From Nitrososphaeria archaeon (GTDB taxonomy: Archaea; Thermoproteota; Nitrososphaeria; Nitrososphaerales; JACAEJ01), in assembly GCA_029775875.1 (NCBI GenBank), contig JARVKD010000002.1, positions 3,007-67,006 of the forward strand: a stretch of 64,000 nucleotides of DNA. Reading direction: 5' to 3'. The position numbers and the translations under genes are program-made. Below, one piece after another: positions 27,205 through 37,094 of this stretch (positions are counted from its first letter, which is position 1; each line of letters opens with the position of its first letter). The notes below the pieces were generated by a model, which was not told the DNA's origin, searched no databases, and saw nothing but the letters and a program-made list of their open reading frames with translations.

Positions 27205-28071
27205 TTGCAAGTTGCTTTGAAAAGTCCTAGAGCCAAGAAGGAAAGGGTAGCCCAGAGGATTCTATCCCTTACAAAAAATCATAAAACCATAGCCATATCA
27301 AAGCTCTACAAAGTTAGGGCAACTCAATTGATGGAATTGAGGCGAAAATTCAGAAAAGACATGGAGATAATAGTCGTTAAGAACAAAGTAGCATCCATAG
27401 CCCTTAAAAAGACCGATCTTGAAAAGGCTGAAGATTTCATCAAAGAAATTAAGGATCAAAGTGCCCTAATTTTTACAAATATGGATCCCTTCAAGCTTTA
27501 TATGCTACTTGAGAAGAACAAGGTCAACTTACCTGCAAGACCTGGTGATATAGCAACTGAGGATGTAGTCATATCAGCAGGGAATACTGGAATGGCCCCT
27601 GGTCCAGTATTAAGCGAATTTAAGGAGGCTAAGATACCAACAAGGATAGATTCAGGAAGCATTTGGGTATCAAAGGATACTGTAGTAGCGAATAAAGGAG
27701 ATTCAATCTCGCCAAAACTTGCTAGCTTGCTTTCTAGACTTGGAATAAAGCCTGTGAGGGCAGGGCTATCTGTATCTGTTGCATGGTATGATGGCTTAAT
27801 CTTCCATGAGAAGGATATGAAACTCGACATAGATGAGTATGAACATTCAATACAAGATGCCTATCTTAATGCCAAGGCTTTAGCTCTAGGAGTTAATTAT
27901 CCTACAAAGGAAACTTTACCTTTGATCATAATCAGATATGAGACTGAAGCAAGATCTTTAGCTATAGCATCGGGCTATCTCAGCAAGGATGTAATGGCAG
28001 ACATTCTTGTAAAATGCAACAACGAAGTCATGATTTTGTATAGCAAGTTAAGGGATAAAGGATATACTTAA
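27205..28071 (+). CDS. rpl10: 50S ribosomal protein uL10 (P0), short form without the conserved acidic C-terminal tail
   Basis: 288 aa in the position after uL1, with an L10 N-domain pattern. It ends ...LYSKLRDKGYT, only 21 nt before the convergent P1 gene. Confidence 0.85.
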   Translation: MQVALKSPRAKKERVAQRILSLTKNHKTIAISKLYKVRATQLMELRRKFRKDMEIIVVKNKVASIALKKTDLEKAEDFIKEIKDQSALIFTNMDPFKLYMLLEKNKVNLPARPGDIATEDVVISAGNTGMAPGPVLSEFKEAKIPTRIDSGSIWVSKDTVVANKGDSISPKLASLLSRLGIKPVRAGLSVSVAWYDGLIFHEKDMKLDIDEYEHSIQDAYLNAKALALGVNYPTKETLPLIIIRYETEARSLAIASGYLSKDVMADILVKCNNEVMILYSKLRDKGYT

Positions 28072-28092
28072 TCGATATACTGATTGCTACAA

Positions 28093-28416
28093 TTAGCCGA
28101 AGAGGGTGGATAGACCTTCTAGGCTTTCTTCTTCCTTCTTCTCTTTTTTCTCCTCTTTCTTTTCTTCCTTCTTCTCCAAAGGCTTCTCTTTTTCAGGAGG
28201 TGCTGTAGGGGTTGGAGTTACTGCAGGGGCTATTGTAGGAACGAAAGCACTCTTCAAGGCTTCGTCTATATTTATCTCACCCAGAGCTGAAACCAAAGCC
28301 TTTACCTTTATTTCATCAGGTTCAACACCTGCTGCCTTTATTACCTTCTTTAAGTTTTCTTCATCTACCTTCTTATCCAGTTTATGAAGCAGTAGAGCTG
28401 CATATACGTACTCCAT
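28093..28416 (-). CDS. rpl12: 50S ribosomal stalk protein P1 (aL12)
   Basis: [11 protein letters not shown]...GVEPDE...[26 protein letters not shown] is the canonical archaeal P1 including the C-terminal LF(G) tail. It lies on the opposite strand to uL10. Confidence 0.9.
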   Translation of the reverse strand: MEYVYAALLLHKLDKKVDEENLKKVIKAAGVEPDEIKVKALVSALGEINIDEALKSAFVPTIAPAVTPTPTAPPEKEKPLEKKEEKKEEKKEKKEEESLEGLSTLFG

Positions 28417-28510
28417 GATGTTACACCACTTACAATATAAGAGCTGAATTTTTTAGTATTTAAGAATAGCGTTACTTTGGAGCGTCTATATACAACATGA
28501 CTCTTGAAGA

Positions 28511-29257
28511 TCACACTTCAGAAGGGATGGGAATCGCTTTTTCTTCCAAAATACTCCACAACTTTTTTGGTGGATTTAATTCAGATATGAGCATAGGTCT
28601 TCCGTCAAATTTTGTGCATGGATATTCCCCTTTTCTTTTTAATGGTATTCTCTCAATCTCCTCTTTAGTTAAATAACCCACTATAGCGCCTTTTCCTATG
28701 ATTCCATTATCTTTCGCTTCAATTTCAAGTATTTTAACCCCGACTGCATAATCGCATTTTTTCCACTTTCTTTCGGGTATGATGAAGTTTTTTACTATAT
28801 TTCTCCCTTCGCTAGGTGGTTTATAGTAATCTGGAGGGATATGCACAATCTCTAAGGTTATTATCCCTCCATCCTTAGTTCGAATGGCGAAATCAAAAGA
28901 CCCTTTGCATGGTTTCTCGAAGGACTGTCCTTCATAATAATTGTAGTGTAAAATATGTATATTTCTCAACTTATCTTTAACAACATTCCAAGCAATAAAT
29001 CTATAAATGTAGTCTTCCTTTATCTCCTCCGAGGTTCTCTCGCTCTTAATCTCTTGCAGTCTTTTAAATTCTTCAAATTTAGTGAATGCGTAGAAATTAA
29101 CCCATTCATGATCATAAAGTTCTATTTCAAAGTATTCTGCATTTTCGTAACATTGCCAACAGAACTCAAACTCTTTCATTGATCTTATAATATCTGTGAA
29201 TATTGCTCGGCCTTCTAATTGGAGACCTCTAAAACGTTCTTCCAAATCAAACTTCAC
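28511..29257 (-). CDS. Hypothetical protein, possible PD-(D/E)xK-like fold
   Basis: 248 aa. Candidate motif D169(YAVGVKILEI)E180-A-K182, plus an earlier GSFDFAI...ITLEIVH. Downstream of the KaiC-like ATPase on the same strand, with a 52-nt gap. Confidence 0.5.
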   Translation of the reverse strand: MKFDLEERFRGLQLEGRAIFTDIIRSMKEFEFCWQCYENAEYFEIELYDHEWVNFYAFTKFEEFKRLQEIKSERTSEEIKEDYIYRFIAWNVVKDKLRNIHILHYNYYEGQSFEKPCKGSFDFAIRTKDGGIITLEIVHIPPDYYKPPSEGRNIVKNFIIPERKWKKCDYAVGVKILEIEAKDNGIIGKGAIVGYLTKEEIERIPLKRKGEYPCTKFDGRPMLISELNPPKKLWSILEEKAIPIPSEV

Positions 29258-29309
29258 TTTATGTTATCTTTACTCCCATTTGAAAACCCCACAAAAAAGA
29301 AGTTCTTGT

Positions 29310-30722
29310 TCATAAGACAGGTATCAATTTCACTTCTTCACTAGTAACTGAGATGTTGTATAATGGCGTGTCTGGTCTAACTCCATAGATAAATATAGCA
29401 CCATTAATGTTCTTTAAAACGAAATGCTTATCACACATTTGTGCGATTTGGTCGACAGCCCTCTGTCCCCTCTTAGTTATAGAGATATAAACATCCCCCC
29501 ACTCACTTATTGATGAGAGGTCCATTGACACTTTAAGCAATGTCGCATTATATCCTAGTGAATGCTCAATAAAATCTGCAGACATTATGTGGCAAACAGG
29601 TTGTTTTGCTCTTCCCACCAATTTAGATCTTGCTGCAAACCAAGACTCAAGAGTCTTATCCAAGTTCTTTAAATGAACAAAGAATCTATTTTCTGGAATA
29701 GGTCGTTCGTATATTGCCTTTTGAGCTATCATTGCATTATTCACATTCTCTCCAACATATTCCTGAAAACTTTTGAGATGTTCCTCAATGCTTAATCCTT
29801 CTAAAGGGGTTATTACTAATCCTCTTCCCAACAACAAAGTGTTGATCATTAAAGGGAAGATTAAGAAGTGGAAATGTTCGTTGCCAACACCATGCTCTAA
29901 AGTGAACATAGTCGATGTTCCTAACTTATAACCACCGCCCAAAAGCTTGTCGAGGTCTGGAATACCACTGGATATTTTGTCTTTTTCAGGGTCAGGAATT
30001 ATATTAAATTTCTTAAGATATATTGGCTTAAGAGGTGGGAAGTATTTAAAATGCCCTTCATATAAAGTAAAAGCGTAATTCTTCTTTTTCCTCGTGATGC
30101 CTCGAAGCTTGTTAATCGTAATTTCTCTTGCCGATCTCCTCTCCAACAATCCACTCCAAACCCTTCCATCTTTTGCTTCACCAAATATATCTATATCAGA
30201 GAGAGTTACCATCCCATCGACTAAATAGTCGAGAGTAGATAGATCAGGATTCTCGTTAACAAGAATGATATTAGCACTCTTCTTGCTAATCAAAGTCTCT
30301 AAAAGGCTTAACATTTTCTCTGCCTCTTCGGGTCCCGCTTCTCTTACAATACCTTCCCAACTATCTATTATCATCAAAGGGTTGTTTAATCTTGCGATAA
30401 AATCATATACGCGCTCAAATGGCAATGAATACATTTTCATCTTTGTATCTATTATTGTAATGCCCTTTTTATTCGCTAATAAAACACTCTCTGTCTTGAT
30501 TACATCCTTTAACCAAGGAAAAGAAGCAAACAACCTCTCTGGCGTTATTCTTGTACTCACATAGACTCCATTTCTACTTTCTCTGAAGTGATTCAACAAC
30601 TCGAGACTTAACATCGTCTTTCCAGTACCAGGTTTACCCTTAATTAAAAGAATGTTATTTCCTTGGGATAAGAAATTTATCAGCTCTTTTGGAATATTAC
30701 TTTCCGACAATTTTCTATCCAT
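29310..30722 (-). CDS. Double-domain KaiC/RecA-like ATPase (second domain lacks a P-loop)
   Basis: Domain 1 has LLIKGKPGTGKTMLSLELL (Walker A) and LMIIDSWEG (Walker B). Domain 2 has GIPDLDKLLGGGYKLGTSTMFTLEHGVGNEH, a KaiC-type lead-in whose GxxGxGKT is replaced. Confidence 0.7.
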   Translation of the reverse strand: MDRKLSESNIPKELINFLSQGNNILLIKGKPGTGKTMLSLELLNHFRESRNGVYVSTRITPERLFASFPWLKDVIKTESVLLANKKGITIIDTKMKMYSLPFERVYDFIARLNNPLMIIDSWEGIVREAGPEEAEKMLSLLETLISKKSANIILVNENPDLSTLDYLVDGMVTLSDIDIFGEAKDGRVWSGLLERRSAREITINKLRGITRKKKNYAFTLYEGHFKYFPPLKPIYLKKFNIIPDPEKDKISSGIPDLDKLLGGGYKLGTSTMFTLEHGVGNEHFHFLIFPLMINTLLLGRGLVITPLEGLSIEEHLKSFQEYVGENVNNAMIAQKAIYERPIPENRFFVHLKNLDKTLESWFAARSKLVGRAKQPVCHIMSADFIEHSLGYNATLLKVSMDLSSISEWGDVYISITKRGQRAVDQIAQMCDKHFVLKNINGAIFIYGVRPDTPLYNISVTSEEVKLIPVL

Positions 30723-30939
30723 AATAACGAAAAATTATATAAAATTTATGGTGTATAGTTCTTTAATCTCGATGAATTTTTCAGCGTCAATTTTTCTTTG
30801 AATAAAACTATAAGCTCGATCATATTAAGCTTTAAACAGACTTTTGCATTTTTTAGAATTAACGTTTTAGAAGAGTGATTACTTTTCATCTAATTGTACT
30901 AAACTCTTTAAATAATCGTTATTTATCTCTCATGATAGC

Positions 30940-33699
30940 ATGCCCCTAAAAGATGATGAGTTCGATATTGATTTCATGAGGAAGAATGATTTTGTCAGAA
31001 AGAAGTGTAGAATTTGTGGTTCCTTTTTCTGGACTCAAAAGCATGATCTTGATGTTTGTATGGAGTCTCCTTGCGTAGAATATGAGTTCATAGGCAATTC
31101 TCCAACAAAGGTAAAGGCTGATGTGAATGAGATGAGAAGAATCTTCCTCAAGTTCTTTGAAGATAATGCCCATGCCGTGATAAATCCATATCCTGTTGTA
31201 GCAAGATGGAGAGACGATCTTCTTGTAACTATAGCAAGCATAGTGGACTTTCAGCCTTATGTTACGAATGGTGAGATACCACCGCCTGCAAATCCATTAG
31301 TGATTAGCCAGCCATGTTTGAGGTTTGAAGATATTGATAACGTCGGTCCGACCTTTGGGAGACATCTGACCATATTTGAAATGGGAGGTGCTCATGCCTT
31401 CAACTATCCTGATAGGTTCATCTACTGGAAGGACGATACGATAAGGTATCACCATGAGTTGCTGACAGAAAGGCTAGGAGTGCCCAGCGATCTAGTAACT
31501 TATAAGGAGCATTTCTGGTCTGGAGGAGGAAATGCTGGACCAGACGTTGAAGCCAACGTTATGGGATTAGAAATTTCAACATTAGTCTTCATGAGCTATA
31601 GATTAGAAAATGGAAACCTTGTCCCGACCCCTGTCAGGACTGTGGATACAGGTTATGGTATAGAAAGATGGGCTTGGTTAACCATGGGCACTCCTACAGC
31701 TTTTCATGCTGTCTTTGGTAAGATTTTTGATAAGACTTTGGATCTGGTTGGCATAAAAATAGATGATAAGGTCCTTTTAGAAGCTGGAAAGATTTCAGGT
31801 TCTTTCTCTATTGTAGATAGCAATAGATCGAGGATGGCAAGAGAGATCGTGGCAAAGAGGCTAGGAATGAAATACGATGAATTTGAAGATGCCATAAAGC
31901 CCTTCGAAAATATTGCAGCCATTCTTGATCATACAAAGGCTCTTGTTTTCATGCTCGCTGAAGGTGTAGTCCCTTCCAATGTAAAAGCCGGTTATCTTGT
32001 GAGAATGCTTGCTAGGCGCTCCTATAGATTACTCTCTTTGTATGGTGCTCAGAGTAAACTCTTTGACATTTTAGAGATGCAGATAAAACATTGGTCTCCA
32101 CAATTTCCTCATATCAAAGATATGAGAGATGAGATAATAAAACTGGCGGACGTAGAGATAGAAAAATATGAAAAAACGTTGGAAAGAGAGTATGGTGAAG
32201 CAAGAAAGAAGATCGAAGGGTTAAAGGCAAAGGGCAAATCATCAATTCCTGTTGAGCTTTTACAAGAATTCTATGAATCTCACGGTCTTCACCCTCAGCA
32301 AGTATCTGAAATATCACAGAAGATAGGAATGAAGGTGGAAATACCATTGGATTTCTTCTCTAACCTTGTTAAGAAGAAGTCAGAGATTGAAGTGCAAAAA
32401 CCCCAGGAGGAGCAGGCTCTTTTGAGCAAATTTGAAGATCTACCTGCTACTGAGCCAATTTATTACATGGATTCAAAGCAATTAGAGTTTGATGCCAAGG
32501 TCTTAAGAGTCGATGGTGATTTCTTAATCCTTGATAGGACTGCTTTTTATCCTGAAGGGGGAGGTCAGTTAGGAGACCAGGGCTTGATTGTATGGGATAA
32601 GGAAGAATCTCAAGTTATAGATACCATCAAAGTCGGTTCAGTGATTCTTCATAAGATAAAAGGAAGATTGCCACCAAAGGATGCTATAGTTAAAGGCATA
32701 GTGGATAGTCAAAGGAGGAGAGCCTTGATGATTCATCATACATCAACTCACATCTTAAACGGTGCTGCTCGTCATGTTTTAGGGGAGCATGTCTGGCAGG
32801 CAGGTGCTTTGAAGGATGTAGATAGGAGCAGGCTTGACATAACCCATTATGCTCACTTGACAAGAGAAGAAATCATTGAGATAGAGAATAGGGCTAACAT
32901 GGTTGTCCGCATGAACATACCAGTTGAAGTTCTAAAACTTCAGAGAAATGATGCTGAAAAGAGGTATGGCTTTCGCTTGTACCAAGGAGGGGTTGTACCA
33001 GGAAAGGAGATCAGAGTGATAAAGATAGGGGACTGGGATATCGAGGCTTGTGGTGGTGTTCATTGTTCAAGGACTGGGGATGTAGGTCTGATAAAGATAA
33101 TAAGGGTTGAAAGGGTGCAAGATGGTGTTGAGAGGTTTGAGTTCGTTGCTGGAGAGCCTGCCCTAAAATTCTTCCAGCTTCAAGAAGATGTATTGTCAAA
33201 AATATCTCAAGTAGTGGGGGCTCAGCAAGAGAAACTCGTAGATGCCATCAATAGGCTAGCATTAGATCGTAGTGAACTGATTAAAAAGCAGAAAGTCATG
33301 TTTAAAAGATTGTCAGAACTTTCAAAGGACAGAATTATAGAGAAAGCCACTAAGATTTCTAGTATTAATGTTTATTTCGAAGTTGATAGTGAATTAGGAG
33401 AAGACTTTCATATAATGCTCGGCGAGAAGGTTATAGAGCAAAATCCGTCTTTAGTCTACTGCGCAATAGCTTTAGAAAACAAAGTTGCAAGGGTTATAGT
33501 GTTCTGTGGGAAAGATGCTAGAGCAAGAGGTGTGAAAGCAAAAGAGATAACTCGGAACATATCTCAGATCATGGGAGGATCAGGAGGAGGGGATGAAAGG
33601 TTTGGAAGAGGTGGTGGTCCCCTCATCGATAAGGTTAGAGAGGTTAAGTCAACTTTATACTCACAGATAGAAAATATGATAAAAGAAAGGGAGCAATAG
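30940..33699 (+). CDS. alaS: Alanine--tRNA ligase
   Basis: 919 aa with the archaeal AlaRS layout: N-terminal zinc motif (CRICGSFFWT), editing-domain HHTSTHILNGAARHVLG...GGVHC, and a C-terminal DHHA1-like region. Confidence 0.95.
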   Translation: MPLKDDEFDIDFMRKNDFVRKKCRICGSFFWTQKHDLDVCMESPCVEYEFIGNSPTKVKADVNEMRRIFLKFFEDNAHAVINPYPVVARWRDDLLVTIASIVDFQPYVTNGEIPPPANPLVISQPCLRFEDIDNVGPTFGRHLTIFEMGGAHAFNYPDRFIYWKDDTIRYHHELLTERLGVPSDLVTYKEHFWSGGGNAGPDVEANVMGLEISTLVFMSYRLENGNLVPTPVRTVDTGYGIERWAWLTMGTPTAFHAVFGKIFDKTLDLVGIKIDDKVLLEAGKISGSFSIVDSNRSRMAREIVAKRLGMKYDEFEDAIKPFENIAAILDHTKALVFMLAEGVVPSNVKAGYLVRMLARRSYRLLSLYGAQSKLFDILEMQIKHWSPQFPHIKDMRDEIIKLADVEIEKYEKTLEREYGEARKKIEGLKAKGKSSIPVELLQEFYESHGLHPQQVSEISQKIGMKVEIPLDFFSNLVKKKSEIEVQKPQEEQALLSKFEDLPATEPIYYMDSKQLEFDAKVLRVDGDFLILDRTAFYPEGGGQLGDQGLIVWDKEESQVIDTIKVGSVILHKIKGRLPPKDAIVKGIVDSQRRRALMIHHTSTHILNGAARHVLGEHVWQAGALKDVDRSRLDITHYAHLTREEIIEIENRANMVVRMNIPVEVLKLQRNDAEKRYGFRLYQGGVVPGKEIRVIKIGDWDIEACGGVHCSRTGDVGLIKIIRVERVQDGVERFEFVAGEPALKFFQLQEDVLSKISQVVGAQQEKLVDAINRLALDRSELIKKQKVMFKRLSELSKDRIIEKATKISSINVYFEVDSELGEDFHIMLGEKVIEQNPSLVYCAIALENKVARVIVFCGKDARARGVKAKEITRNISQIMGGSGGGDERFGRGGGPLIDKVREVKSTLYSQIENMIKEREQ

Positions 33700-33726
33700 C
33701 CTTCTGAAAATATTTCTAACATTCAG

Positions 33727-36657
33727 GTGGAGAATTTGGTATTAGATTGGTCAAAAATGGAGGAGAAGTGGAGAAAGATATGGGAAAGTTCACATGTGTT
33801 TGAAGCCAATGCTGATTTCAAAAGGGAAAAGTATTTTGTAACAGTTGCATATCCATACCCTAACTCACCACAGCATATAGGGCATGGTCGGACCTATACT
33901 CTAGCAGACGTCCATGCAAGATACATGAGAATGAAAGGGAAGAACGTTTTATTACCCATGGGCTTCCATTACACAGGCACTCCTATACTTGCTATGTCGA
34001 AAAGATTGGCAGAAAAAGATGAAGAACTGATAGAAACATTCACGAAGATATACGGCGTTCCTATTTCAACTATAGAAGAATTTGATGAGCCTTTAAGAAT
34101 CGCGAAATACTTTCATGAAGAGATAAAGCAGGGAATGAAAGAAATCGGTTATTCAATAGACTGGCGCAGAGAGTTCACAACCATCGATCCACAATATAGC
34201 AGATTCATAGAATGGCAGTTTAAGAAGCTCTATGAGAAAGGTTTCATAGCTCAAGGTAGCCATCCAGTAGGCTGGTGCCCCAAGGATGGAAACCCGGTTG
34301 GTCAGCATGATACTATTGGAGATGTTGAACCTGAAATAGGAGAATTCGTATTAATAAAATTCATCTTTGATGGGTATATTCTTCCAGCTGCCACTCTGAG
34401 ACCTGAGACTATTTTTGGCGTGACCAACGTTTGGTTAAATCCTGATGCTAATTATGTAAAGGTCAAAGTGAATAATGAGAATTGGATAGTAAGCAAAGAA
34501 TGTTTGATAAAACTTAGTTATCTCAACAAAAAAGTAGAAGAGATAGAAGAGGTAAAAGGATCAGATTTAATAGGGAAATGGGCTGAAAACCCTCTCACAG
34601 GGCTTAAGGTTCCAATACTTCCTGCATCTTTTGTTGATCCAAAGAATGCTACTGGAGTAGTTATGTCAGTCCCTGGACATGCGCCTTATGATTATCAAGC
34701 ATTAGAAGATTTGAAAAAGAAAGGTGATGAATTAATGCTTTACAAAATAGACCCAAAGTTATTAGAATCTATAACTCCTATCTCAATAATAGAGCTTGAG
34801 GGCTACTCTGACCTTCCAGCCTTAGATGTAATTAAGAAGCTTGGTATAAAGAGCCAAAATGATCCTAAGCTTGAGGAAGCAACAGCAGAAGTCTATAGCA
34901 AAGAGTTTCACTCAGGTAGGATGAAAGCAAATACTATGCATTATTCAGGCTTACCAGTCTCTATAGCGAAAGAAAGGGTCAAAGAAGATTTGATGGAATC
35001 GAATAAAGGAGATGTTTTCTACGAAATCTTGAACAGACCTGTAATATGCAGATGCAGAACAGAGTGTATAGTGAAGATATTTGAGAATCAATGGTTCATA
35101 AACTATGGCGATGAGAATTGGAAGAATCTTGCTAGAGATTGCCTTGACAGTATGGACATAGTACCAGAGGATCTTCGCCCTGAATTCGAGTACACTATAA
35201 GATGGTTGAGGCAAAAAGCATGTGCAAGGAAGTCTGGATTGGGTACAAAATTGCCTTGGGATAAAGAATGGATAATTGAGAGTTTATCAGACTCTGTAAT
35301 ATACATGGCTTACTACACACTATCAAATTACATCAAATCGTATAAAATAGGTCCAGATCAATTGGTGGATGAATTCTTTGATTATATACTATTGGGCGAG
35401 GGCAATCTTAAAGAAGTCTCGAAGTTAACCAAGATCAAAGAAGAATTATTGAAGAAGATGAGGGATGAGTTCACATACTTCTATCCTTTGGATAGTAGGC
35501 ATTCTGGTAGAGACTTAGTCCCAAATCACTTAACCTTTTTCATATTCAACCATGTAGCCATCTTTTCAAAAGAATTGTGGCCAAGGCAGATAGTTGTTAA
35601 TGGTAGCGTGCTAATGGAAGGAAAGAAGATGTCAAAATCCCTTGGCAATATAATACCATTGCGTGAAGCCATTAGAAAGTTTGGGGCTGATCCTTTGAGG
35701 CTAGCGATTCTCTCAACAGCAGAACTATTGCAGGATGCAGACTTTAGCCCATCTTTGGCAAAGAGTCTTAATGTTAAGCTGGAGCGCTTCTATGAGTTTG
35801 CCATAAGTGTGATAAATATCAAGACTAAGAGTGAGGATGTTGAACTATCAAGTGAAGATAGGTGGCTGATGAGCAAACTTCAAAAAATCATAAAGTCTGT
35901 GACTGAAGCCATGGATAAGCTCAGAATAAGAGAGGCTATCAATTATTCCCTTTACGAGCTTGATCAAGATTTGCAATGGTACTTAAAACGTAGTCCTATA
36001 GAAGGCTCATCAGAGAAAAGGAAGAAAGCAATGGCCAAAGTGCTTAAAACTTTAATCGAAACAAAAGTGAGATTACTAGCACCTTTTGCTCCCTATATAT
36101 GTGAAGAAATCTGGGAGAAGATGGGCAAAGAAGGCTTGGTCTCTGTTGCTGATTGGCCAGTTTATGATGAGAGTAAGGTTGATGAAAGGGCTGAGGAGAT
36201 AGAAGGGATGATTATGAAGACTTTAGATGATACTGCAAATATAATTAAAGTAACTAAGATCAAGCCAAGTAGAATTTGCTATTATACATCTTCTGAGTGG
36301 AAGTGGGATGCATACTTAAAAGCCCTTGAAATTCTTGAATTTAGTGCAATAGATATTGGCGGATTAATGAAAAAATTGATGGAAGATCCAAGAATGAAGA
36401 AGGTGAGTAAAGAGTTGTACAAATTCGTTCAAAAAATTTATGATGAAGCTCGAAAGATGCCTCCTGAGATAAGGCAAAGAAGGCTAAGGGTCAAGGTTTT
36501 GGATGAATTAAATATTCTAAGAAACTCTGCTGGATTTTTAGAAAAAGAATTAGGCGCTAAGGTTGAGGTTTACAGCGAAGAAGATGATAAAAAATTCGAT
36601 CCTATGAATAGAGCGAGTTTAGCCCAACCATATAGACCAGCCATTTACATAGTTTAA
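33727..36657 (+). CDS. leuS: Leucine--tRNA ligase (archaeal type)
   Basis: 976 aa. PYPNSPQHIGHGRTY (HIGH) and KMSKSLGN (KMSKS), with a CP1 editing insertion. Confidence 0.95.
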   Translation: MENLVLDWSKMEEKWRKIWESSHVFEANADFKREKYFVTVAYPYPNSPQHIGHGRTYTLADVHARYMRMKGKNVLLPMGFHYTGTPILAMSKRLAEKDEELIETFTKIYGVPISTIEEFDEPLRIAKYFHEEIKQGMKEIGYSIDWRREFTTIDPQYSRFIEWQFKKLYEKGFIAQGSHPVGWCPKDGNPVGQHDTIGDVEPEIGEFVLIKFIFDGYILPAATLRPETIFGVTNVWLNPDANYVKVKVNNENWIVSKECLIKLSYLNKKVEEIEEVKGSDLIGKWAENPLTGLKVPILPASFVDPKNATGVVMSVPGHAPYDYQALEDLKKKGDELMLYKIDPKLLESITPISIIELEGYSDLPALDVIKKLGIKSQNDPKLEEATAEVYSKEFHSGRMKANTMHYSGLPVSIAKERVKEDLMESNKGDVFYEILNRPVICRCRTECIVKIFENQWFINYGDENWKNLARDCLDSMDIVPEDLRPEFEYTIRWLRQKACARKSGLGTKLPWDKEWIIESLSDSVIYMAYYTLSNYIKSYKIGPDQLVDEFFDYILLGEGNLKEVSKLTKIKEELLKKMRDEFTYFYPLDSRHSGRDLVPNHLTFFIFNHVAIFSKELWPRQIVVNGSVLMEGKKMSKSLGNIIPLREAIRKFGADPLRLAILSTAELLQDADFSPSLAKSLNVKLERFYEFAISVINIKTKSEDVELSSEDRWLMSKLQKIIKSVTEAMDKLRIREAINYSLYELDQDLQWYLKRSPIEGSSEKRKKAMAKVLKTLIETKVRLLAPFAPYICEEIWEKMGKEGLVSVADWPVYDESKVDERAEEIEGMIMKTLDDTANIIKVTKIKPSRICYYTSSEWKWDAYLKALEILEFSAIDIGGLMKKLMEDPRMKKVSKELYKFVQKIYDEARKMPPEIRQRRLRVKVLDELNILRNSAGFLEKELGAKVEVYSEEDDKKFDPMNRASLAQPYRPAIYIV

Positions 36658-37034
36658 TGGATCGATAAATTATTCAAAACATCAATTATCTCTGGCTTTG
36701 CAAGACTGTAAAATACCCACTTCCCTTCCTTCTTTTTCTTAACTATGCCTGCTCTCTCTAGCATTTCAAGATGATAAGAAGCATTTGGCTGTGTCATACT
36801 CAATGCAACCATTATCTCACAGACGCACATCTTCCTTAAGGCTAGCATCTTGATCATTCTTAATCGTGTTGAGTCTCCAAGAGTTTTGAAGAGTCTTTCC
36901 ATTGACTTTAAGATTTTTTCATCAAATACACTCTCAGCAAGACGCTTTAATTCTACTGCATACTTTTCCACATTCTCTGCTTTACATATTTCAGACGATA
37001 CTAAGCGTTTCAGTCTTGCGTCAGTACTGTTCAT
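36654..37034 (-). CDS. arsR: ArsR/SmtB-family repressor with CVC metalloid-binding motif
   Basis: LGDSTRLRMIKMLALRKMCVCEIMVALSMTQPNASYHLEMLERAGIV. The CVC ahead of the HTH resembles As(III)-sensing ArsR. Confidence 0.8.
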   Translation of the reverse strand: MNSTDARLKRLVSSEICKAENVEKYAVELKRLAESVFDEKILKSMERLFKTLGDSTRLRMIKMLALRKMCVCEIMVALSMTQPNASYHLEMLERAGIVKKKKEGKWVFYSLAKPEIIDVLNNLSIH

Positions 37035-37094
37035 GCCATATAGAAGTTATGAACATATTTAAATATGTTTTAAATCGAAGAGTTGCGTTTGTTT

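Noticed and set aside
28106-28387. 93-aa plus-strand ORF ([23 protein letters not shown]...)
   Set aside because: It is the antisense shadow of the P1 stalk gene. The low-complexity S/F repeats mirror the K/E-rich tail, and the minus-strand product is an unmistakable P1.
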